A DNA stretch of 64,000 bases, from NCBI GenBank assembly GCA_964016885.1, contig CAXHJY010000762.1, positions 1 to 64,000 of the forward strand. Direction: 5' to 3'. The DNA is from Eledone cirrhosa. Lineage: Eukaryota. A program made the translations under genes and the position numbers. Positions 32,254 to 51,137 of this stretch are shown piece by piece (position 1 is the first letter of the stretch; the number at the start of each line of letters is the position of its first letter). The notes below the pieces were generated by a model. That model had not been told where the DNA came from and did no database searches. It saw nothing but the letters and a program-made list of their open reading frames with translations.

Positions 32254-32709
32254 GTCAGGTCACCAGTTGGTGCTACTGGTAACATGTATCCCAGTACAAC
32301 CTGTCTCATGGTCAGGTCGTCGGCGACTAAACTGGCAAACCCACCAAGGTTTCTTGGTGAGGAGGGTGACTTTGTACATCCTGCAGGACTAAAAACAAAA
32401 CCTGTCAAAGGGTAAAGGAGCTCTTAAGAGTCAATGGCCATCCAAAATCACCGGGAGAGATGGACTGGCTTTGCTCACTATAAAAGCTTCACGGCACAGG
32501 CATTGCTTTATATCTGGAGATCTCTCTGCACTTGTCGTCACATGGTACCATGGGCCCAGCACTATGTGGCAATAATTCTCACAAGTTTGTACCAGAGTTT
32601 TCAAGTCGCTGGCGGGACTAAAAAGTCACACTCGTTCAGCGCATCGGTAGGGGTTCTCCTACATGGATATAAAGTAGTGGCCGTACTCGAAAACGAGTTG
32701 GCAGCCACC
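32254..32709 (+). mobile_element. RTE-derived element copy 2 (internal deletions)
   Basis: Collinear with 30617-31226 but lacks the segment between gggagagatg and gactggctttg. Confidence 0.85.
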
Positions 32710-32719
32710 ATATATAGTG

Positions 32720-32754
<35 letters not shown>

Positions 32755-32896
32755 CATTATATATATTATATATACATTATATATATATATATACATTATA
32801 TATATATATATACACACTATATATATATATATATACACACTATATATATATATACACACACTATATATATATACACACTATATATATATATATACA

Positions 32897-32936
<40 letters not shown>

Positions 32937-32942
<6 letters not shown>

Positions 32943-32992
32943 ATAAATAAAATAGGGAAGGCAAACAAAGGTATATATATATATACATACAC

Positions 32993-33025
<33 letters not shown>

Positions 33026-33134
33026 CATTATATATATATATATACACACACTATATATATATATATACACACACTATATATATATACACACTATATATAT
33101 ATACACACTATATATATATATATATATATACACC

Positions 33135-33210
<76 letters not shown>

Positions 33211-33445
33211 TATATATAATATATATATATATATATGGTGTATATATATATATATAGTGTGTATATATATATAGTGTGTATATATATATATAGTGTGTAT
33301 GTATATATATATATAGTGTGTATATATATATATATATAGTGTGTATATATATATATATAATGTATATATAATATATATATATATATATAGTGTATGTATA
33401 TATATATACACCTTTGTTTGCCTTCCCTATTTTATTTATTATTTT
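32937..33445. repeat. ~500-bp inverted duplication centred in (TA)n
   Basis: aaataataaataaaatagggaaggcaaacaaaggt (32938-32972) recurs reverse-complemented at 33410-33445; the CAC/GTG-punctuated TA tract between them is mirrored. Confidence 0.85.
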
Positions 33446-33605
33446 ATTTTATTAAAAAAAACAACTTTTATATTTATCTCCACTTATGACTATATATCTC
33501 GTTTCTTTTTGTTTCTCAAATGTGAGACATACAAGATACTTCCCCTAGTCTTTCATAGCTTACTAGCTCTATACGGACATTTACATTTATTATATATATA
33601 CATAC

Positions 33606-33660
<55 letters not shown>

Positions 33661-34484
33661 CGCGTGTGATTTTACATACCCATAAACACAGAAATAATTG
33701 CCTAGGTATGCGTATATGTATATGTGAGTGGTAGATAGTGGGGGGGGGGGGGGGCGGAGAAGGAAAGAGAAGAAACAGCGATAATGTGACAAAGACTGAC
33801 AAAATATAACGAAGGTGGAAATAGATTAAAAAAGAGAAAGTTAGACATATTGAGAAATTGATAAATTTCCTGATACAAATATTTACTGAGTTTTCTCTCT
33901 TCTCTCTTTTTTTGCAAGTATTTAGATTCGATCTCAGTCACGAGGGTAACTTCATTCTTTCTTGATACCATCAATTTGGTCATTGGTTCTGCCATAACTC
34001 AATCATGTTTCATACCCACCTCCCAACGCCCAACAAAATATAGATATATATATTTGATATTTTTCTAATTTGTTATTTTCATATTTCGATATTTGTCCAT
34101 TACAATAGAATCGCAGTTATATATATATATATACAATATATATAAATATATACACACAATATATATATAAATATATACACACACAATATATATATATATA
34201 TACAATATATATAAATATATACACACAATATATATATATATATACAATATATACACACAATATATATATAAATATATACACACAATATATATATAAATAT
34301 ACAATATATATAAATATATACACACAATATATATATATATACAATACATATAAATATATACACAATATATATATATAAATATATACACACAATATATATA
34401 TATATATATATATACAATATATATAAATATACACACACAATATATATATATATATATACATACAATATATATAAATATATACAC

Positions 34485-34553
<69 letters not shown>

Positions 34554-34567
34554 CACTTATGTATATA

Positions 34568-34646
34568 CAGAGTGTCACAAAAAATGTATACACACTTTGA
34601 TTACCTGTACAGGCATGTGTGTATACATTTTTTCGGGGACATCCTG
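34568..34646. mobile_element. Miniature Tc1/mariner-like TIR pair (mini-MITE)
   Basis: TA|cagagtgtcacaaaaaatgtatacacac ... gtgtgtatacattttttcggggacatcctg; CAG-starting inverted termini after TA. Confidence 0.55.
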
Positions 34647-37054
34647 AATTTTTTGTTATGCCGAGTATTTTATTTGTTCTTGTTTCGAACGAATTTTATT
34701 TTCACGTTGACTACAGACAGACTGAACATCAACATAATTTTGTCGTCACACAGGACAATTTCCCTGTGAATAAAGGTCCAGTGAATCGAATAAATCGATC
34801 CATTATATAGCTGATAATTATCATATCGAACCAGACAGGATGGAAAGAAAAAAATCAATACTTGTGGGATTGGATATAGAAAGAAATGAGTGAATTACTG
34901 ATTTGATGTAAAGAATATCTGCCAAATAATTATTTTCCTCTTCATCGATACTGTTGCTATTAAAGGTAATGGTGTCGTGTGTTATAAAGTGATTTAGTTT
35001 TTATCATTTACCTACATAATCATAGCACTTGTGGCCTTTTCTGCTAGATTTACACCTTTGACAATTGAGTGAACGTAATTTGGTCAGATTGTAGAACTCA
35101 CTAAACACCTCCGAATATCTACACCCATCAAACCTTAGATTTTGTAGCTCAGAGGTTGATAATATAATTACCGAATCTTTACGGGGGTCGATAAAACTAA
35201 AATTGTCCCAACTGTTAAAATATTTGATATTCTGCACTGCCATATAAGTTTGAATAGCTCCTGGGTAGATTCCTTATGAGAAATTTTCAATCTACTTCTG
35301 AAAATCACGTCTTATTCTCTGACCATCCCAGAATAAATGACTTTAACTGTTTTAGTTTCTGGCAGAATCTTATTGCCAAAGTCAAAAGGATACAGCAAGA
35401 AAAAAAAAATCAATTTGGAAAAGAATTAAAATAAGCACTAAAGGAACTACCAGTGAAATACACTCTCCACGTTCTGAAAAGAATACCAAAGAGAGAAAAT
35501 ATAAACAAAATATAATATTTGTAGTCCTTATGGGGTAGAATATTCAAATGTGAAAATGAAAAGCAAATAAATTCTTGTTAATTTGTATTGAAAACTCTCA
35601 AGTGAATATCTCAATGTTTTACAAGGATTTTTCCTTTTCTAAGGCAAATCCCAAAGGGCGTTCTAATACAAATTTTATTGGAACAAAGAAACATATTGCA
35701 AGTAAAGGGATGTGAAGTTAATGTGGCACAAAACTTTCTTTTGTTATTGGTGTTTAATATAAATGGCATCACGGGAGAAGCATTTAAGATGGAGAAAAAA
35801 AATTAAGGGGAAAAAATGTTTCGTTGGTGCACACAAATTTTAATTTTAAAAATATACTCGGAGACTTTAAACATGTTTTGTTTTAAAATTTAAACTCTCT
35901 ACCGATATCACACATGTTTTTTGTCAATAAATATGTTTATAAATTAAATAAAAAAGGAGGAAAATTCCTAAGACGGATACAACAATATTTATAAGATAAC
36001 TGTTATATGTATTACATTAGAGTAGCATCTATGAGGTTTACAGATGTCAGTGAATGTTTCTTCTACCTTATTATCTTCTACATTATTATATGTTTCAGTT
36101 TTGGCAGAACGGCCAAGCTGGGGCAACTTTCTGTCGGTCAGATGAAATATTCTTGTATATTTTCTTATTCTATTTCGTTATTCGGCAGATTTTGATGTAG
36201 TTGCTGTCAATAATAATACAAAATAACGTTTGTTCTTGGTGTTTAAGTTCAATGTTGGTGGGTTAGGGTTAGGTTGAGGTTAATGTTGGTGGGTCAGATC
36301 TATAACTAAACACTTTGTAGTAGTTTGGGTTGAGTGTACTGGAGGACCGTGGCATGAAGAATAAACTACCATACTGGATTCCAAGAGTCCCCACTGGTTC
36401 TTTGCTGGGTTTAACGGAGTCGGTTTCGAGAATGGGTTCCCAGGGTGATGTTAACTGTCCCCCTACGTTCTATCGATCCTGGAAACTGAAAAACATCACA
36501 GCTGCGACCTTTCTATCAATCATTAAGCCATAAAAATTTACAATAAAAAATAAACAAGAGATTTGATATTTAATTCTTCGATATCAAATATTATATGTGG
36601 ATATTGCTTTAATACGTGTAACGGAATAATAGAAATATATTTTTCTTGGTTCTCATAAATCAAGGTATTTTTTCTTTTCAAAAGAAATAAAGAGTATACA
36701 ATGTCAGAAATAAAAACAACATAAACACCCCCCCCCCCTCCAAATGTCTTGAGACGATGAAAATAATGAAATGATAAAAAAATAGAATATAAGAAAAGGA
36801 AATAAGAGGAAATAAAAGAAATTGTTGCGTGTCTGTGATTATGAATGTGTGATTTTAGAATTACGAGGTAAACTTGTAAAAGTAATGTTATGGGTGAAAT
36901 AAAAAAAACAACGAAACGAAAGAGAACAAAAAGGTTGTTTAAGCAATATGGAATTGTGGGGGAAATTCATGATTTATTTTGTTTTTAATGTTATTTAATT
37001 CGTGGGGAAAATATCGTTTTGTAAATTGTATTTAGTAAGATATTTGGTTTTCAT

Positions 37055-37162
<108 letters not shown>

Positions 37163-37207
37163 ATGTATATCTCTATATATATATAAATATACAGACACAA
37201 ACACATG

Positions 37208-37273
<66 letters not shown>

Positions 37274-37289
37274 TATATGTGTGTGTATA

Positions 37290-37345
<56 letters not shown>

Positions 37346-37413
37346 TGTGTGTATATGCATATATATATCTATCTATCTACATATATATATAAATATATAT
37401 GTGTGTATATATG

Positions 37414-37449
<36 letters not shown>

Positions 37450-37465
37450 TACAGACACTCACATG

Positions 37466-37497
<32 letters not shown>

Positions 37498-37713
37498 TAT
37501 ATATGTCTGTGTATGTATATACATGTATATTTATATATATATATACACACATATATATATGTCTGTGTTTGTGTGTATATATATATATATATAAATATAC
37601 AGACACTCACATGTATATATATATATATATATACACATATATATATATGTCTGTGTATGTATATACATGTATATTTATATATATATATATACACATATAT
37701 ATATGTCTGTGTT

Positions 37714-37759
<46 letters not shown>

Positions 37760-38030
37760 TATATATATATACCTGTGTGTGTGTATGTATATATATATTT
37801 ATATATATATATATTTTGTTTTTTAAAACATTTCCTTAGTTTTGTTGTATAATTTAGTGGAGCGTTATTTTTTAAATAGGTTTTTGCTTTTAACACTGTT
37901 TACTGACCGACGAATGAGATTAAATGAAAAGATGTCAAAATAGTTTATAAATATTTGCGAAATTTGTTCTTTGGCGATTCCATGATTCCATACCAAGATA
38001 CATACGTATGCAAACACTAGTTCATGGATA

Positions 38031-38076
<46 letters not shown>

Positions 38077-38211
38077 GTGTGTGTGTGTGTGTATTTATGT
38101 GGGTATATATATATGTGTATGTGTGTTTGGTAATATATAAATGTACACACACATATTTGTGTATATATATATTTGTATAAATATATAAATATATATATAT
38201 TTATATTTGAG

Positions 38212-38285
<74 letters not shown>

Positions 38286-38925
38286 TCTCTCTATATATAT
38301 AATATATGTGTATATATATATATATATATAATGTGGATCATATACAGTCATCATTTACATGATATAAATTGTGTATATCGGGTTAGCTAATATAATAAAT
38401 ATAGTCAATTTTAATTTTTTGTTTATAATCTTTTTATTTGGGGGGGGGGGGGGTGACGTGAGAGATACATATTTATATATATTGATATATATTTATATAT
38501 AACACACTCTCCTTTAAATAGTCCTGTTCTGGTCGAGGCACCAAAACTTCCCACAATTATATCTAAATCTAAATTGATATCTACAATGCGTTGTCACATA
38601 CTTTTGTATGATTGTAAAGTGAAATGGCAGGAGTTTGACATTGTATGAGTCTATTAGTTGAGGAAAATATAATAGAAAACAAAACAATTACAATAAAATC
38701 TTAAAGTTGTCCTGACAAAAGATTTTTTACATCATCATCATCGTCATCATCAGCAATAGCGTCATCAACGTCATCATCGGTAGTTGCATCATCATCATCT
38801 TCGTATGAAAGTGGTAGGAGATACCGACAATCCTACTCCATCTCTTTCCATTCCCACCGTACACACTCACACACACACATACAAACACTCACACACACAC
38901 ATACAAACACACACACACACACACA

Positions 38926-38971
<46 letters not shown>

Positions 38972-39095
38972 AGAGAGAGAGAGAGAGAGAGAAACAAATA
39001 GATAGATGAATACTGAGATATTTGTACATACACACACATTCATGCATATCTATGTATATATATACAGTCACACACACACATATATATATACACAT

Positions 39096-39137
<42 letters not shown>

Positions 39138-39231
39138 ACATATCTCTATATATATACACAGTCACACACACACACATATATATATATATATACACATACA
39201 CACACACATATATATATATATATATACACAT

Positions 39232-39262
<31 letters not shown>

Positions 39263-39554
39263 GGGAGATAATGAGGGAGAGATAGTGACTAGTACATTGG
39301 CGAAGAATTGACCAGATGGACATGGCCGAATTGGTAAGTCTGCTCCATTTCCGCTGTAGCAGCCATGTTTTCCATAGAGTCACTCAGCAAGAAATTAAGG
39401 CTCATTATTCTACCAAATTCACTTTTCAATTGGTCTGTAGAATTGGTTCCATATTCCCAACTGTTTGTTCTCATGTAAGCAAGTACTAGCTTATAATAGT
39501 ATTATACAGCCAACCAATTACGCACAGGCATATGAATTTATTTATGTATGTATG

Positions 39555-39585
<31 letters not shown>

Positions 39586-39693
39586 TCATATATACATGCA
39601 TACATACATAAACATACATACACACACACACACATATATATGTATATATATTTATATGCGTGTGTAAATATATTTTCGCGCACACACACCTAT

Positions 39694-39780
<87 letters not shown>

Positions 39781-40186
39781 CGCGTACACATACAGACACA
39801 TATATATACATATATAAATATATATACATATATAAATATATATACATATATACATGAGTGCGATTGCTGTGTAAACTATTATCATACGATACTGTCTGCA
39901 TGCACGAGGACAAATATCTAGGAATAAGTTGATTGAGCTAGCTAAAGCTATCTATTATTCCAAGTAGTATAGCGAGGTAAACGTTGTTTGAGATAGAAAT
40001 ATTTATAGTGATTGTTTAAGTTTCATCAGAAATATGTTTGACGAACTGGCGTCCTCATATCCGGAAATAGATGTCTACATTAATACGATGATTGAGATGT
40101 GGGGGGAAATGAGATCTCACAAAAGAAATGAAAGATTGAATGACAAGACAGTTTACAGAGAATGAAATAATGAGAGAGAGAGAGGG

Positions 40187-40217
<31 letters not shown>

Positions 40218-42239
40218 GAGAGACTCCAAAGTGTAAAATGATAATCGATTTATGATATATGCATACATACATACATGTATATACATATAACGTGTGTGTG
40301 TGTGTGTGAATGTATATGTATATATATATATGTGAATGCATATATGTATGTATACATATATATATTCTCTCACAGACACATACACACACAGGTATAAACG
40401 CATATTTACACACATACACACGCACCACGCCCATCCACCCACACACCTATATATATATATACACACACATATATATGTGTATATATACACCACTAGAATG
40501 AATATGTCGCTTTTCGAGGAGAAATATGTCTGTATTTAGCCTCCATTTGAAATAGTAAAAGGATGCAATTCTTATTGTATGGCAGTGTAGCAGAAACACA
40601 TATGGCACAACAATTGGTTGGAATAAAAATAATCTCGGTTAAGAGTATATGATTGTCTCTTCTAAGCAGTATTTTGATATCTGTCTGTAGGATGTATATT
40701 GTATTTATGTAAAATAGATGAATTACCGGGCTGATTCGGGCTGAGAAAAATCCTTCGTTTGTCTTAACAATTGAAACCAGAAATGGTCGATTCGACAGAA
40801 TATCAAACCCTCAAGCCAATGAATCAATGGTTCGTATACTGTTACCGACATTTCGAAATGTATATGTCAAATACAATTATTTTTCAAGTTGTCCAGACTT
40901 GTTCAATTGCCAATAAGAACAATATATTCTATATAGTCCAATATTGTATATAATAAATAATAGCTAAATACAGACTATCATATTTAAGGTGTCCAGTTAA
41001 AGATATAGAATTGCGATGATCGTTCTAGCGTCGGACAAATTCTTCTGCTTTTGTTTCTGTTCGTTCCATGCTGAGTTCAAACTTCTCGAAGATTAACGTT
41101 ACATGAACCAACTCTATATTGGAAGTTAAGTCTTTTAAGTAGCAGTAACATTATAAAATATAAGTTATGGTCTGATTTGCTAAGTTCAATTCATCAAATA
41201 ACGATTGCATTCCACAGCAGTGAGTTTCGAGACGCTTAACTTACCAAGTATAAACTACATATATATGAATTATTCCGTAGTATTGCTAATGACCAGCCAT
41301 GTGTGTTTAACATCGACTTGGCTGGCTGGTTGGGACATGTCACACGACTCCCAAGTGTGAGATATCTTAATCAGGTCCTGTATATTTGGACACCCGAGAT
41401 GGAGTGGCGGCAGACAATCGACAGAGACATGAAATGAGTAAATAAACAAGATATACGGGTGGATAAACAGGTAAATATACGGGTGGAGAAACAGGTAGAT
41501 ATACGGGTGGCCTCTGCAACAAAGCGATTTAAACACTTGGATAAAATTAGACACCGTCCCGTATATATTATATATTTTCCCGTTATTCTCGCTATTAATA
41601 CTTCTTGGAAATATCTGAGACAAGTCTCATTGTACACTGTACCATCTGTTGTACGTCCAGTCTTTGGAAATGTGAGATCTGTTCTGTATTGAGATGATAT
41701 TAATCTCTGTGGCACCACGACGTCTAGTCATACCCACAAGATATATTAAATATAAAACTCTAAACCCAACAGTGTCTCAGTGTGGCCGCTAACTACCTTT
41801 TTGATTTATATTACTATCATATATGCTACATACAGACAGACAGAAACAAAACATTGAGCGATGGGTTAACGAGATCAAATTGTCTTAGCAATTCCCACAA
41901 CCAGTAATGTGATATAGAACTCTGAGTCTATTACATTAAGTCTTGTTCCCTGCCATAGCAGACATCTTGAGATTCTTCTCTCTATATATTGGACACAATA
42001 ATGTAGCAAATAATATGATGATTATTCATAACCTAAAATATTTTAGCATATAATATCTGCAATTGGTACTTCTCATGTCTTCCTAAAGAATAGATTAGAA
42101 ATTGTTGTTCCATATTCTTTGTTCGTTTCTAGATTAAACATCCATTAGTAAAAGAAACGACTGCCACTTACACATAAACATGTACACACATACATGTACA
42201 CACATACAAATATATGTGTGTGCAATATATATGAGTATA

Positions 42240-42278
<39 letters not shown>

Positions 42279-43386
42279 GCATATATGTATACATATATAC
42301 ATATATGTATATATATATCGGCATATTATCACACTTGTAAATCTTGGAATGTGTATAGTGTATAGTAGCATGATTGCTTGCTTACATGAAATCGATCAAT
42401 TACAGAACACTACTCCTCCCCAGTCTCGTCCACTCCTCTCCCGCCCAGTCGAGTCCAGTAAAAACTAAGACTAGTGACAATCAAATTCTGCCAAGAGGAT
42501 GTTTTCAATGGCAAATGGATTTCTGTAAATGCATCAACGTCGAACGAGCCACCTTTATACATTAAGAGGAAACGAAGACAAGCATTGTTCAACAAGTTGT
42601 CGGCCTAAGTAGAGAACAATTAGACGTAAAATATGTCTGGTCGATTATTAAAGCCACTCTGGGAATATTCTTTTTCTTTGCTGCTTGTTTACATCTCCTC
42701 CATTATCTATTGAAAAAAAAAAGAACAACAACAACAACATCAACAGCAATAACAACAAACTAAACATATATAAATATATGCAGAACATAACGAATAAAAA
42801 TGACGGAATAAAATATACATGTGTATGTATAAATGATAAATAAATAAAAGGCTGGAAGTAATGCATAATTACTTTTAGTATCGGTTTTCAAATGATGCTT
42901 TAGTCCATCCCGGATCTGTAAAGCAAATTATATCTTCTAAGATGGATAAGAAGCATCAGTTTTGAATAGGCCAATGATAGCAGATTCGGAGTTTTGGTCC
43001 GAATCAAACTAAATATACTTACTACAGCGTTTCATTGGTTAATTTCGTACAGCCTCGGCTGCCATTTTTATTTTTATTTCTTTCCCTCACTGCTGATTAA
43101 AACGAAACAAACAAGCTAGTAGGTTGTATACATACACACATATACGAACATACACAACATACACCCCCCACACACATATATATATAATACATATATATAT
43201 AAATTCACATGCATACTCGCCTCTACCCACGTATATATATATATATATATACACGCACACACACTCTCACACTCAGACACACATATATATAAATGCACAC
43301 ACAGCCACACGCCCCTCCCCATACACACACACATAAAAAATACAGATATATATATATTTATAAATTCACTCATGCACACTTGCCCC

Positions 43387-43445
<59 letters not shown>

Positions 43446-43699
43446 TCACATACACACACACACGAAACAAAAAACCCATTGAGTGTATCCGATTGATTGG
43501 GATAGTATTTTCCAAACAATATTACTTGATTAGAGCCGACCACGAGGAAAGATGGGAGAAAAGGTTTCTTTCTAAATTGTTAGAAGATAAATGAGTCTGA
43601 TAAGAAAGCAGGACAACGAAATTGACTTAAATCAATCATTTCGTCCATTTGCATATTTCTACATCTGCTTATTATTTCTCATTAGATGGCGGTTCTTCC

Positions 43700-43788
<89 letters not shown>

Positions 43789-44019
43789 CATACATACATA
43801 CATATATGTATATATACATACATACATATATGTATACATACATACATACATACATATATGTATATATACATACATACATATATGTATACATACATACATA
43901 CATACATATATGTATACATACATTCATACATATATGCATACATATATATATATATACATATATATATATACATATATATATATGTACGTATGTGAGTGTG
44001 GGTGCGTATCTCTCTCTCG

Positions 44020-44052
<33 letters not shown>

Positions 44053-44399
44053 CAGCGTAGATGAGTCAACATGAAATGTTTAACATCGTAGGAGGCCTCT
44101 ACTGGTCCGTGATCTTTTCCTAGTTCATTACATCTTTTCAGAAATCCTGCTACCCTTCAATTATTTTAGATCAGTCTGCAAAGCTTCAGAATATTAAACT
44201 TTAACGTTAGATTTGTTGTTGTTGTTGTTGCTGCTGCTGTTCTTGTTGTTGTTCTTTGTAAGACCATAATTTAGAGGACGGTGGTTTATTTCAAGTACTT
44301 CCACCTTAAACTATGTGCTTTACCCTCAACAGTATGTGCTTTGTATGTGTGTACAAAATACTATATGATTCTCAAACGATATATGGGTTCCTATCTCTC

Positions 44400-44415
44400 T
44401 CAGTATATATGTATG

Positions 44416-44507
<92 letters not shown>

Positions 44508-44509
44508 TG

Positions 44510-44559
<50 letters not shown>

Positions 44560-44561
44560 TG

Positions 44562-44600
<39 letters not shown>

Positions 44601-44647
44601 TCATATATATGTATATATATACTCATATATATGTATATATATACTCA

Positions 44648-44693
<46 letters not shown>

Positions 44694-44720
44694 TGTATAT
44701 ATATATATATATATACTCAC

Positions 44721-44752
<32 letters not shown>

Positions 44753-44859
44753 ACTCACATATATGTATATATATATATGTATATATATATATACCCACAT
44801 ATATGTATATATATATATGTATATAAGTATATATATATATATATATACTCACATATATG

Positions 44860-44891
<32 letters not shown>

Positions 44892-45099
44892 CCCACATAT
44901 ATGTATATATATATGTATATATGTATATATATATATATATATACCCACATATATGTATATATATATGTATATATGTATATATATATATATATATACTCAC
45001 ATATATGTATATATATATATGTATATATATATATATACCCACATATATGTATATATATGTATATATGTATATATATATATATATATACCCACATATATG

Positions 45100-45141
<42 letters not shown>

Positions 45142-45335
45142 CTCACATATATGTATACATATATTTATATGTATATATATATATATATATACTCACATAT
45201 ATGTATATATATATATATGTATATATATATATAGTCACATATATGTATATATATATATATACTCACATATATGTATATAAATATATATATATATACTCAC
45301 ATATGTATATATATATATATATATATATACTCACA

Positions 45336-45390
<55 letters not shown>

Positions 45391-45409
45391 TCACATATAT
45401 ATACTCACA

Positions 45410-45456
<47 letters not shown>

Positions 45457-45461
45457 TCACA

Positions 45462-45495
<34 letters not shown>

Positions 45496-45501
45496 CTCAC
45501 A

Positions 45502-45533
<32 letters not shown>

Positions 45534-45597
45534 CTCACATATATGTGTATATATATATATATATATATACTCACATATATATATATATATATATACT

Positions 45598-45654
<57 letters not shown>

Positions 45655-45655
45655 T

Positions 45656-45694
<39 letters not shown>

Positions 45695-45771
45695 TCACAT
45701 ATATGTATATATGTATATATATATATATACTAACATATATGTATATATGTATATATATATATATACTAACA

Positions 45772-45808
<37 letters not shown>

Positions 45809-46240
45809 TAACATATATGTATATATATATATTTATATATATATATACTAACATACATGTATATATATATATTTATATATATATATACTAACATATATGT
45901 ATATATATATATTTATATATATATATACTAACATATATGTATATATATATATTTTTATATATATATATACTAACATATATGTATATATATATATATTTAT
46001 ATATATATATACTAACATATATGTATATATATATATATTTATCTATATATATACTCACATATATGTATATATATATATACGCATATGTATATATATAGAT
46101 ACTCACATATATATACGCACATATATGTGTATATATATATATACATATATATATATTTATATATATATATATATACGCACATATATGTGTATATATATAT
46201 ATATACATATATATGCACATATACGTATACATATATGTGC
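44400..46240. repeat. (TA)n-based minisatellite (CTCACATATATG / CTAACATATATG units)
   Basis: Direct reading. Confidence 0.9.
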
Positions 46241-46543
46241 GTATATAAGAAGCAAAATATAAAATAACGACAATGAACATACTTTGAAGGATTATTATTT
46301 ATTTATTAAACTTTATTTTCCCTATTTCTGAATTTCACACGAATGCCTACCACTGTTTATTTTTTGTATTATTATTATTATCTCCCTTTTATTCTTCTTG
46401 AAATTCAGTGAAAACTAAAGTTCTTATTGCTTTCACTTTCATCTCCCCAACCCCATATTTTATTTCATTATATATATATATATATATATACACAAATAAA
46501 AGCTGCAATTCTTATTGTCACTCTCTCTCTATACACACACATA

Positions 46544-46588
<45 letters not shown>

Positions 46589-46621
46589 TTCGCCTTTTCT
46601 CCCGCCAAAATGCGATTCTCG

Positions 46622-49030
<2,409 letters not shown>

Positions 49031-49272
49031 TGTTTGTACTTGGCAGTTTGTAGATTTTTGCGGCGTTTTCTTTATCATCTCCATAACTTCGTTCACATTT
49101 TTTCTCTTCCATCTTGGCATCTTCCAATATTTTTGTTATTTCAACAAAAAACCTCCATACAACTTCATCCTACAAAAATACTTAACTTTCACTCAATTTT
49201 ATTTTTAAAACTATTTGTTTTATGTTTCTATTATTGAAGTTAGAAATAATAATAATAATAGTTTTTGCTTTT

Positions 49273-49438
49273 GGCACAAGGCCAGCAATTATCACAGTGT
49301 ATTACTGGTACTTTATTTTATCGACCTAGTAATGATGAAAGGCAAAGTTAACCTCGGCGGGATTTGGACTCAGACCGTAAAGGGGCGTAACTCTATGCTG
49401 CAAAGCATGGTGTCCGACTCCCTACCGATACTGCCAAT
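49273..49438 (-). mobile_element. tRNA-derived SINE family A
   Basis: Matches the other copies; head ...ctaccgatactgccaat. Confidence 0.85.
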
Positions 49439-49456
49439 AATACTAATACTTATATA

Positions 49457-49578
49457 GGCACAAGGCCAGTAATATGGGGGGGGGAGGGGAAAGTCGATTA
49501 AATCAACCCTAGTTTATTACTGGTACTTTATTTTATCGACCCCATAAGGATGAGAGGCAAAAGTTAACCTCGGCGGGA
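49457..49578 (-). mobile_element. 5'-truncated SINE family A
   Basis: ggcacaaggccag...gtcgatt...tactggtactttattttatcgacccc...aaagttaacctcggcggga. Confidence 0.8.
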
Positions 49579-49579
49579 G

Positions 49580-49730
49580 CAGAATCAGACATGTTGAAGT
49601 GGTACCGATTGTGGCTGGTGCTCTGGGAGTAAATAAAAGGTTAGATGTATGGCTTGGGAAGCTGAGAATTACTACCAGGATGGGATTGATACAGAAAACA
49701 GCCGGGAACTGCAACGATTCTAAGGCTGGC
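49580..49730 (+). mobile_element. C-terminal fragment of an RLE-type (R4/Dong-like) non-LTR retrotransposon ORF
   Basis: VEVVPIVAGALGVNKRLDVWLGKLRITTRMGLIQKTA, then a frameshift to GTATILRL; matches the recalled R4/Dong C-terminal pattern VIPIVIGALG...LQKxALLGTAxILR. Confidence 0.7.
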
Positions 49731-50252
49731 CTTGCCCGTAAAACCTGTTTAGTGTTTTATATGTTTAGGCATTCTAAACATGTCAGTCGTATCGGAATCA
49801 TCATTAACATCATCACCACCACCATCATCATAATTATCGCCTCCATCATCATCACCATCATCATCATCGACATCAACGCCACCATCACCATCATCAACAC
49901 CATCATCGCAAACGCCATCATCACCATCATCGCAAATCTCAATTTTTTTTTATTTTCAAATAGTCCATTCCTTCTCTCACCCTTCCTCCCCTCCCCCCTC
50001 CCATCACCACCCTAGTCCCCCTGCCCCACCATCATCACCCTAGTCCCCTTTCCCACCATCATCACCTTAGTCCCTCTCCTCCACATTCACCCTAGTGTTC
50101 CTCCCCGACCCTCACACAAGTTTGCTGCTTCGATTGGGCTTGAAGAACCTAGAAGAAATGAAATATTGCATCTTGCTTCACTCCATCACCGTTAGAGAGA
50201 GAGAGGGAGAGAGCGAGATGGAGAGAGAGAGAGGGAGGGAGAGAGCGAGATG

Positions 50253-50288
<36 letters not shown>

Positions 50289-50406
50289 GAGAGAGCGAGA
50301 GGGAGAGAGAGAGTTGTTAGGTTTCTATTGATTAAACTTATCGCTAACATTATACTGGCTCGTACAATCTATATTTCAGGCGTGGTGTGTATACGGGTGT
50401 GGATGT

Positions 50407-50444
<38 letters not shown>

Positions 50445-50719
50445 AATAGACAGATGTGTATGTGAGAGAGAGAAATAGACAGATATATGTGTGAGAGAGA
50501 GAGAGAGAAAGAAGGATCCTATGTGAATGAAAGTGTGTTTTTGTGAAAGAGAGACGGACAGAGCACGAGAGAGAGAGAGAGAGACCAAAGACAGAAAAAA
50601 GAATGGGAAAAAGAAAAAGGGGTAGAGAGAGGGAGAGAGAGAGAGAGAGAGAGTGAGAGAGTATGGATGAGATGGAGAAATGTAATGGCTTAGAAACCAA
50701 CAAGAAATGTTGTGCATAA

Positions 50720-51080
50720 CCACAAACACCACCACCACCACTACCACTACCACCACCACTACCAACACCACCACTACCAACACCACTACCAACACCACCA
50801 CTACCAACACCACTACCACCACTACCACCACCATCACCACTACCAACACTACCACTACTACCACCACCACCACCACTACCAACACTACCACTATTACCAC
50901 CACTATCACCACCACTACCAACACTACCACCACCACCACTACTACCAGCACCACTACCAACACTACCACTACTACCACCACTACCACCACAACCACCACC
51001 ACCACCACCACCACCACCACTACCACCACTACCACCACCACTACCAACACTACCACCACCACCACCACCACCACCACCCA
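50720..51080. repeat. (ACC/ACT)n trinucleotide repeat
   Basis: Direct reading. Confidence 0.9.
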
Positions 51081-51137
51081 GCCTCCATTTTGGAAAACTT
51101 GGTTTTAAATTTCAGCCAAGTCAATATTAGTGGTGTA

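Noticed and set aside
36260-36285. gggttagggttagg telomere-like motif
   Set aside because: Only about two units; not an interstitial telomeric array.
39290-39480. Candidate exons with gtaagt/gtaagc donors
   Set aside because: Acceptors are weak, the peptide is unrecognisable and there are no partner exons.
41440-41620. Three ~24-bp repeats translating to KQVDIRVASATKRF, faintly like an RTE RT segment
   Set aside because: Similarity is too weak to call without a search.
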